Program-made: the position numbers and the translations under genes
Source of the DNA: Torpedo marmorata
Taxonomy: Eukaryota
Reading direction: 5' to 3'
DNA: 64,000 nucleotides
NCBI GenBank assembly: GCA_977017645.1
Contig: OZ360232.1
Coordinates: 38,564,001-38,628,000 of the forward strand
Shown: positions 1-8,774 of the stretch, piece after piece
How the letters are laid out: each line of letters begins with the position of its first letter
How positions within the stretch are numbered: the first letter of the stretch is position 1
The notes under the pieces: generated by a model
What the model saw: only the letters and a program-made list of their open reading frames with translations
Database searches by the model: none
Told to the model about the DNA's origin: nothing

Positions 1-890
1 GCTTTTCAGATGACATGAAGGTTGGAAGTGTCCAGGGTAGTTTAGTGGCTTGTCTTAGGTTACCACAGGATATAGTCAGGGTACGGTGTTGGGCGGAGAA
101 GTGACAGGTGGAGTTCAACCGTAATAAGTGTAATGTAATACATCTTGGAATGTCAAACCTGAAGGCGGAGTACGCAGTTAATGACAGGATTCAACAATGT
201 GGAGGAATAGAAGGATGATTAGCGTCCAGGTCCAGAGATATCTCAGGCTTGCCACGTATCTTCATCGGGTGGTTAAGAAGGCCTTCATTAGTCGGGGAAT
301 TGTGTGCAAATGCTGTTAGGTAATGTTACAGCTCACTAAACTCTGGTTATGCCATATCTGCAGCATTGTATTCAGTTCTGTTCATCTCGTAAGAGAAGGG
401 TTTTGTTTAGAGACGGTGCAGAGGAGATTTATTGGTATATTGCCTGGATTGGAGAATATGTCTTAGGAAGCAAGGTTGACAGAGGTAAAGCTTTTCTCTT
501 TGGAGTCATGAAGGATGGGAGGCGACCAAATAGAAGTATATAAGATTGAGAGGGGTATAGGTAGGGTGGACGGACAACACTTTTTCCCCAGGTGACAACG
601 GCATATAGCAGAGGAGACCTGTTTAGGATTAGTGGAGGAAAGGTTAGGGGAGATGTCATAACGTTTTTACACAGAGAGTGGTGGGTGGTAGGAATGCATT
701 GCCAGGGGTGCTGGTGTGGACTGGTACAATGAGGACGTTTAAAATTCTCTTCGGTAGGAACATGGATATAAGTATAATAGAGTGTTATGGGTGTAAGGTA
801 GGGAGGGATTAGATTGTTGTGAGTATGTTTACATAGGTCAGCACAACCTTCGTGAGCCGAACAACCTGCACTGTGCAATAATGTTCTATT
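1..890 (+). mobile_element. CR1-type LINE 3' fragment, decayed (RT C-terminus and 3' UTR)
   Basis: Opens with an FSDDMKVG-like RT core and is collinear with the 3' half of the better-preserved CR1 at 10320-11230. It has many stops and frameshifts. Confidence 0.8.
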
Positions 891-1138
891 TTCGCTATCC
901 TACAGTATACTCCTACGTGAATGTACGAAGATGACCTGCCTATTTAGAGTGACAGTCAACAGTTAGTCTGGTTGGAAAATGAGGGAGGAATATGCAGATG
1001 TGTTAACAATAGATTTATATAATTGAGGCCTGTATTATTCTTCTATTTAGTTTTTTCCTATTTAACAATTTCTTCATATGAGTTCTTTAATATATTAATT
1101 AACTATTGTTGCCGATAACTCTGTTCAACATACCACGA

Positions 1139-1169
<31 letters not shown>

Positions 1170-1208
1170 GAGAGAGAGAGAGAGAGAGAGATACACATAC
1201 ACACACAC
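1139..1208. repeat. compound microsatellite (AT)n(AG)n(AC)n
   Basis: Read directly from the sequence. It abuts the first Pcdh promoter block. Confidence 0.95.
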
Positions 1209-1215
1209 AATGTTC

Positions 1216-1420
1216 AAATAAATTTTAATTGTGCAACAATAAATACATTTCTGCGTGACTTTAAGTTGTTCTTGCTTTAAGAAACAAACGATACCCTGAT
1301 TGGTCGAATATCAATGAGTTTCTCAACCAATCTGGATCCGAAATGTGATGAGTGATCCGCACAGCCCCCTTCAGGACACGGCAACCATCACGTAAGATCA
1401 GAGACAGAGAAAACTGGATT
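1216..1420 (+). promoter_or_regulatory. conserved Pcdh promoter block (gene 1, subtype A)
   Basis: Contains AATAAATTTTAATTGTGCA, GCTTTAAGAAA (1274-1284), ATTGG (1299-1303) / CCAAT (1327-1331), GTGATCCGCACAGCCCCCTTCA (1352-1373) and ATCACGTAAG. The same motif order occurs upstream of all seven exons. Confidence 0.8.
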
Positions 1421-1623
1421 GCAAGCAGCTCCGTGAAATTTTTGCAGGAATCCTTTCGCAACTGGAGGCAAAATGCGAGCATTTTAATGAAATAATTCGA
1501 GAGATTCGCAAGAGGTAAGGGCATTTTCTGCACCGTAGTTTTTTTTATTTAACGCCGACTCACGGTTTGAAGGACAATGGAGACAGTCTCGGCCTAAATC
1601 CATTGGAATGACTTCTACTGGAA

Positions 1624-4083
1624 ATGAGATATAAAATATATTGGTTGCTAAAATGCCAAGTATTGTGCTGTGTGTTCTCCCCGTGGAGTCTTGTATCTGG
1701 GCAGATTCGTTATTCTGTCCCTGAAGAGCTGCAACTGGGAGCCTTTGTTGGGAACATCGCTACCGATTTAGATTTAGACGTAAAGCTGCTGTCGGCTCGT
1801 GGTTTACGAGTAGCGCCGGGACCAAGAAAGCAGTATTTCGACGTAAATTTGGAAAATGGTATTTTATTTGTGAAGGAAATAATCGACAGAGAGCTGCTTT
1901 TTGGATCGAATGTCGATTGCCGCTTATTCTTCGATGTTGTGCTTGAAAATCCTTTGATCCTGTACCAGGTGGAAGTGGAGATCCTCGATGTAAATGACAA
2001 TGCCCCCGTTTTCCCAAAAAGTCAGTTTCGCCTTGAAATCTTGGAATCTGCGGCACCGGGAATGCGATTTCCCCTTGAGCCCGCACTAGATCCGGATATT
2101 GGAACTAACTCCTTGCAAACCTACCAGCTACCTTCGAACGAATACTTTACTCTCGACGTACAAAAGCGCAGCGGAAAGGGGACGAGGCCAGTGTTGTTGT
2201 TACATAAACCCTTGGATAGAGAATCCATACCTATCCACAATATAACGCTAACAGCCAAGGACGGCGGCTTGCCTCCGAGATCGGGAATGGTTCAGATTAT
2301 AATCACTGTGCAGGATGTAAATGATAACTCACCTGTTTTTTCTCAGTCTATTTACAAGGTTAGTCTGTTCGAAGATACGCCGAAAGGGGCCTTGATCATT
2401 AGATTAAATGCCACTGACCTGGATGAGGGTGTCAATGGAGAGATAATGTACTCATTTAGTAGCCATATTTCTGCCACGGCCCGTAATATTTTTGATATAA
2501 ACCCCAAAACGGGTGAAATCAAGCTCAAAAGGAACTTGGATTATGAAGAAAGCACTGCCATTGAGATTAACATACAAGCAAAGGATAAAGGTCCTGGCGC
2601 TATCCCCGAGTACTGCGATGTACTGGTCGAAATTGCTGATGTTAATGACAACCCACCAGAAGTGACATTACGGTCTTCTGCAAGTACAGTTCCTGAGAAC
2701 GCTCCACTCGGCACTGTGGTGGCTTTATTCAGTGCAGAAGACAAAGATTCCGGAGAAAATGGTGAGGTACATTGTCAAGTCTCAAGGCTGCTGCCATTTA
2801 AGTTGGATTCCTCGATTAAAAACTATTACAGAATTGTTATCCAGGATTTGTTGGATCGCGAAACGGTCCCCAAATATGATATTATTATAATATGCACGGA
2901 TTCAGGGAAGCCTTCTCTCACTTCTAGAAAAACCATCCGTGTTGAGGTTTCAGACATAAATGATAACGCACCGAAATTTTCTCGTCCCGTATACACGGCA
3001 AATGTTCAAGAAAACAATGGTATAGGGGCTTCTATATTTTCCGTGACTGCCTTCGATCCAGATGCTGGACAAAACTCTCGTCTGAACTTTTCTATCCTGC
3101 AATCTCAAATTCAGAATTCCTCAATAACCTCTTTTGTCTCCATTAATTCAGAGACTGGTGTCATGTATGCGCAGAGAGTTTTTGACTACGAACAACTGAA
3201 AAACTTCCAGATTCACGTTGAAGTGCGAGATTCTGGTGCGCGAGAACTAAGCAGCAATGCTTCCGTGAATGTTGTGATCCTTGATCGGAATGACAACGCT
3301 CCAGTGATTATACAGCCTTTACCCGAATATGGCTCCACAGCAATAGAAACAATATCCAGGTTTGCAGAACCAGGATATTTGGTTGTCAAAGTATATGCCA
3401 CTGATGCCGACGCTGGTCAGAATGCTCGACTCTCTTATCAGATTTTTCAGGACACCCGCCATAGCCTTTTTACCATCTCCGCAGACACGGGAGAAATTTG
3501 GACTATCCGTCGAATTTTAAGCAATGATGCCTCTACTCAAAGGCTGGTGGTTGTGGTAAAAGATAATGGAATTCCAGCACTCTCAGCCTCCGTGACGATA
3601 GTATTATCTGTGGTTGGGACTGATAGTGAAACCTTCTCCAGTGTCAGCAGTTCTTCGTCAGATCGCAGGTTCAGACCTGAGCTGAGTCTTTCGTTGGTTA
3701 TTGCCTTGGGAATAATATCTACCACATTCCTCATAATTGTAATTATACTTGCCGTTAAAGTTTGCATAAACAGGAATGGTGTGGTGTACGAGCAACAATC
3801 CCTGAGTACTTGCTGTTGCTTTGAATCAAGAAATTATTTGAATGGAATTCAGAAGGCCAGCAAAAGTCTTCAGATACCACCCAATTATGTTGATGTGTTT
3901 GGGGGGGATCCACTCTCCCAAAGTTTCCGCTACGAGTCATGTTCAACATTACAGACGACCAAGAGAGATTTCATCGTTCACAACAGGTTTAGAACTTCTG
4001 CAGACAGCAACTGTGTGCTCAATGAATCGATCAAGAAAGATAATACTGTGATGGTGAATTCTGAAAAACACAGCGTCCCTGGG
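1624..4083 (+). CDS. clustered protocadherin variable exon 1 (subtype A), 820 codons
   Basis: Signal peptide, IRYSVPEE start of EC1, six cadherin repeats (DRE/DYE and DxNDNxP motifs), TM LSLVIALGII..., cytoplasmic IPPNYVDVFGGDPLSQ. Donor GGG|GTGAGT at 4084. The unspliced ORF runs to 4176. Confidence 0.95.
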
Positions 4084-4639
4084 GTGAGTTACATTCCGAG
4101 AAAGAGGAAAATCCTCACAGGTTTTATATGGATGCACGCATATTTTTGTGAGGAACCAGCATATGAATGTGTCTGATCATAAGGTAAATCTTTGTGACAC
4201 TATAACTAACACATCCGTTGTTGAAAGTCGGAAAGAAAAGAAATGTCTTCATCCATACTGAGCAGAGGAGTTGGCGTATACTGGGAGAGAAAATCCGAGC
4301 TATTTTTGCAGGCGCGCTTTCACATGTGAAATGCAGCCTGCTCTAATGCAAAATGAAAAGTGTGGTTATCTGGCATTGATCTTAAGTGACTTCTTTCTGT
4401 GTTACAGTCTTTTCCAGACAAAATTTGGTTTTATTATGAGATTTCTGGGATAAAGACTTTACGTAACAATGTAATCCTCCTTCAGCAAGCTTTTGAAATA
4501 GCTATAGTTTCAAAACGTATTTTTAATTCCGTTTACTGACATAATCATCTGTTGTTCAATTGGTTAACACACTCAACTGGAACAGTTCTGACGGGTGAAA
4601 AGGCAATTAACATGCTCGTCTTCCAGCCTGGCACTGTGC

Positions 4640-4880
4640 GTTTAGTGCACACGATGTAGCATCTTCTACATTTGTAAAGATAAAGGTTGATTGCGTGAGC
4701 GCTTTGCAGGATATTTCATTCCGTCACGTTGACCCCATGCTTAGGCATTCTACTTCCACCTTGACTTTGTACAACTTCCTTCTTTTAAATGCCCACAATG
4801 CAACGCTGAGGAACAGTATCTCATCGTTACTGCCTGCAAATGTCAGCCAAGGATCACAATTGAACAATGTCAGATAACCA
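4640..4880 (+). mobile_element. highly decayed Penelope-like (GIY-YIG) fragment
   Basis: Weak collinear similarity to 13880-14130 (gagcgctttgcagga ... ctgaggaacagtatctcatc). Confidence 0.4.
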
Positions 4881-5579
4881 CCATTTTGTTGTTCCATTAG
4901 ATCAGGCCAGAACAGGCAACTACAAACAACGCTGTTCTGTATCGCATGTTACAAAATTTTAATTTCCGATTAAATGGCCTCATTCATCTTACAGGATATA
5001 TTGTCCCCGAGCTGTCGAATAAGTGCTACTATCTATCTTGTCCTCACCTCCTCTCACTCACTCACTATAATATTTCTGTGTCATAACATGTCTGTTCAGG
5101 AGAACGCAAGAAGCAGATGAAGACCACTCAGCCCCTCAAACCTGCCCCCTATTCAATCGGGGGTATAGTCTCCCAAGGGAAATGTCTGTGGCAGCCCCAC
5201 TAGACCTATGTACAGCAAGACAGGACAATGCTGTTAATAAACAGTGTTATGGCACTCTTTAAATAGAGGCGCAGATAGGCATTTCTGTGGGTACAAATGA
5301 CACTCCAGGACGCTGTGTGACCAATTTCGTGTCAATGCCAATAGTGTATCAGAGAAGGCAAAATACATTGTGAAATGGAGGCTAGGGTATCCTAATATTC
5401 TAGGGTCTGTTGATATCAAGGAGGAGGAGGCGATAACCTATATCCTATTTCTAAGCTCCTCCTATATTGCCTTTGGAGATGAGCCCCTTCCATGTGGAGA
5501 ATTTGTTAATGGAGATTAGTCCAGACAAGTGTTATATCTTGTACTTTAAGAGGTAAATGTGAGGGGATTTTAAGGCTTT

Positions 5580-6036
5580 GGAGAAATGGAGAAGACATTC
5601 GCCAGGATGTTTCAAGAATTAGAGTATTGGCCAATAAATAAGAGGACAAACTAGGATTGCTTTGTCTGATATGTTGGTGGCTGAAGGTTTACGTTTCTAG
5701 AGTTATGAGAGGCACAGGGAAAGTAGCCAGAGACTCTCTTCCCAGGGCAAGGATGTCAACTACTAGAGGGCATAGGTTCAGTGTTAGAATGGGATTGCTT
5801 AAAAATCTCCGAGGCCGCATTTGTAAACCGAATATGGTAGATGGTTGCAACGCCTTGCCAGAGATGGAAATGGTGGCAGGAGATACAATTGTGAGATTTA
5901 AGAGACATTTTTACAGCTACATAAACATGCCTAGGCCGGAGGCATGCAGGACATGTGTAGAGAGGTGGAAGTAGTTTAAATTGGCATCATGGTCCAACCA
6001 AATATGGCCCTCCACCTGTGCTCTATTGTTCTATGT
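5580..6036 (+). mobile_element. CR1 LINE 3' fragment, decayed
   Basis: TRGHRF-like ORF2 C-terminus and a ctgtgctctattgttctatgttct tail. Confidence 0.7.
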
Positions 6037-6039
6037 TCT

Positions 6040-6240
6040 AAACTTTCTTCTTTGCAAGTTCGGAATGACTCACAATTATCCATCTTCCAAATAGAAATGC
6101 CTTGAATATGGTGCAAAAACTGTCCTCCAACATTTTTGATGAAGATAATTCTGGAGATCCACCAACCTGAATGAAGAAATCTCTGCTCACCTCAGTTTGA
6201 GGTGAACACCCTCTTATTTTGATGATTGGTTCCGGGTTTT
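6040..6240 (-). mobile_element. short antisense CR1 3' fragment
   Basis: Minus-strand translation KIRGCS..TEVSRDFFIQ resembles the CR1 ORF2 C-terminus. Confidence 0.55.
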
Positions 6241-7370
6241 CTAACATATATTAATTGTTATCAAGGGTACATTTTCTAAACCGTAGCAGATATCTTTTCA
6301 AATGTGCTTTATTGGTTGTAAAGTGCATTGCCATATCTTGAAAGGAAGATAAAAACTTTGGGGCTTACTCGGACTTTGTTAAAGTGACTAAAAAGAGTTG
6401 CGGCCGAATGCAATGTAAACATTCACATGTTCATGCGAGAACTTCTCTCCATTTGGCTCCAGAATAATTCAGTTCCAATTTTTCTTGGTTTGCGTGTTGC
6501 GATTTAATACTTACGTATGGGAGCGTTTATCAGTATCATGTCATCATAAATTGAATTATTTGCCCTCTTTACTCATGTTTGGAAATGGGTGTAATTCCCC
6601 AATACTTTTGCTTATGCTAGATATAACTGGCATGAACAATGTGATAGTGAAGGACATTCTTGACCCACGTGGTAAGGGAGCTCATGCCTTCGAATATGTT
6701 TTGCTTAGACATTATGGGCAATGAATGTTCTGGTCCGCATTATATAACTGCCAGTCCCATGTTACTGGTGTAACAACAAGCTAATTGTTTAAAATATAAA
6801 ATGCTTTTGAAGAGAAAATAATTCAAATTTTTTGTGGATTTTTCGTGGAGCAGATGAGCTTCCAAGTTATACATAACTAATCAAGCTGGAAGATTTGTCT
6901 AAAATTGTGTTCAGCTTAATGAGGTTTGGTGGGGTTACCAATCCCGAAAAATGGAGAATAACGAAGCAAAATACCGATTATCTCCTTTGTAGTAGTAGGA
7001 AGTCTACAGAAAAACTTGAAACCCCAAAGAAGCGCATGTTCTGATCTCCTGTCATGGCCAAAGTATTGATATAGCAGGTTCTATTGATTCTGATAGATGA
7101 TGACACCCAGCCAACAGGACATATGACTTTTTTGTGCTGATCCTGTATTGTTACTCTTCTATTTCATGGTTGGAAATCTTTTTGGATATGTTTTTGGGAA
7201 AAAAATCAGGAAATTATTCCAGTGCCTGAAGTGTTAAGGGATTATAGCACTGTGCATCAACCTGAAATTTTATTCTGAATAACGTTGATCAGCTGGTGTT
7301 TTGGTAGGCAACAGGCAACCAGAGAATATTCTAATAATATACAGATTTTCTACTTTTCATTGATGTAAAT

Positions 7371-7748
7371 CAGTGGTTTTCAAACTTTTTTTTTCCCTAT
7401 GCCATAGGTGCTCTGTGATTAGTAAGGGATTATTTAAAGTGGTATGTGAGTGGGAAAAAAAGTTTGAAAACCACTGTTTTAATCGTACCTAATTGACTGA
7501 TTATGTGCATGATTTCATAATTCCAAAGGAAATGGGCCAATGACAATTTTTCTCAACCAAAATATTTCAGTAACAATTGGGTCTAGAGCAGTGGTTCTCA
7601 ACCTTCCCTTCCCACTCACATACCACCTTAAGTAATCCATATGCCATAGGTGCTCTGTGATTAGTAAGGGATTACTTATTGTGGTATGTGAGTGGGAAGG
7701 GAAGGTTGAGAACCACTGCTCTAGACCCAATTGTTACTGAAATATTTG
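7371..7748. mobile_element. hAT-type MITE, rearranged compound copy
   Basis: Unit 7371-7476, spacer, unit 7589-7718 (termini CAGTGGTT...AACCACTG), then an inverted copy of the spacer end. No matching TSD. Confidence 0.85.
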
Positions 7749-8774
7749 AACCACCTTGAACCACCATAGCCCTTCTGCTGGTGGTTACATAATGTTGGTG
7801 CAACATCCAAGGATATGTATCAAGTAGGAATGACAAATAGTGATATATTTCCATGTCAGGTTTTTTTGTGACTTAGTGGAGACCCAGACATGCAGCGTTA
7901 TTCAAATTGAGCAGAAGCATTTAAATTTGATATTTGTAGGAGTTGTGTGTACAGAAAGTGAAGTTTTCATTGTACGTTTGCAGGGGCTGTTTTATGCCAT
8001 ACACAATCGACCAGTTTCACTCTCCCTACTGTTTTAGATCAGCATATTTCCATGTTTAGACAACAACTAAACGTCACTGCGATTGTGTGCTGAGATAGAA
8101 TCAAAATGTATTTACATGTCACTTGATAGCACTGTTAGCAATAGCTTCCGTCGTCTTAAGGCTGATTGAAAAATAGATTGAGTAGTGATACTTGGCTGGA
8201 TTAGAATTACCCGTTTGTGATGGCAATATATATTTGTGCAATATTACATGGTGTCCAATAAAACCCTGGGCTGCAGCTCTGCTGCAGCCTCTTACATAGA
8301 ATGTATTCTGATATTTTATAACCAATATCTGTTGTGTTGCTTAGCCTGGATGACTTTGGTATACATATTATGTTGCTAATGACAGCAGTAGATTTCCGAA
8401 GATATCTTTGAAAGTGATGGCCTGCACCATTTAAATGTTCTCGAATCTCGCTGTCATTCGTTTCTCTACTGGTGTGCAAGATGACAAACTCCCATGTTCA
8501 ATGCATTCATACTTGAATGATTATGGGAGGTAACATCTTTGTGCACGTCACAATATAAATACAGAGCAATATTGTACATCAGGGTTTAATTCCAATCCAC
8601 ATGTTATTGCTAGGTTGGTTATTTCCAAGATATTCTTCCGTCGCCTTGATTAAACGATTTTTAGAATACTTCTAGGTTCAATCCATTTCCAGCTGAACTT
8701 TTGTTTTATTGTTCAGTAATTGTTCAGCATGCAGTTGTGAAGGCATTAATGATGAAGAACAATGGCAGGTGGAA

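Noticed and set aside
4084-4176. C-terminal tails after the splice donors (also 61530-61610)
   Set aside because: They are not conserved between paralogues and begin at a conserved GTGAG donor, so they are treated as intron.
7371-7748. Repeat-spacer-repeat pattern suggestive of CRISPR or pre-miRNA arrays
   Set aside because: The context is vertebrate, the spacer is the same in all copies, and the copies are dispersed with 8-bp TSDs, which indicates a transposon.
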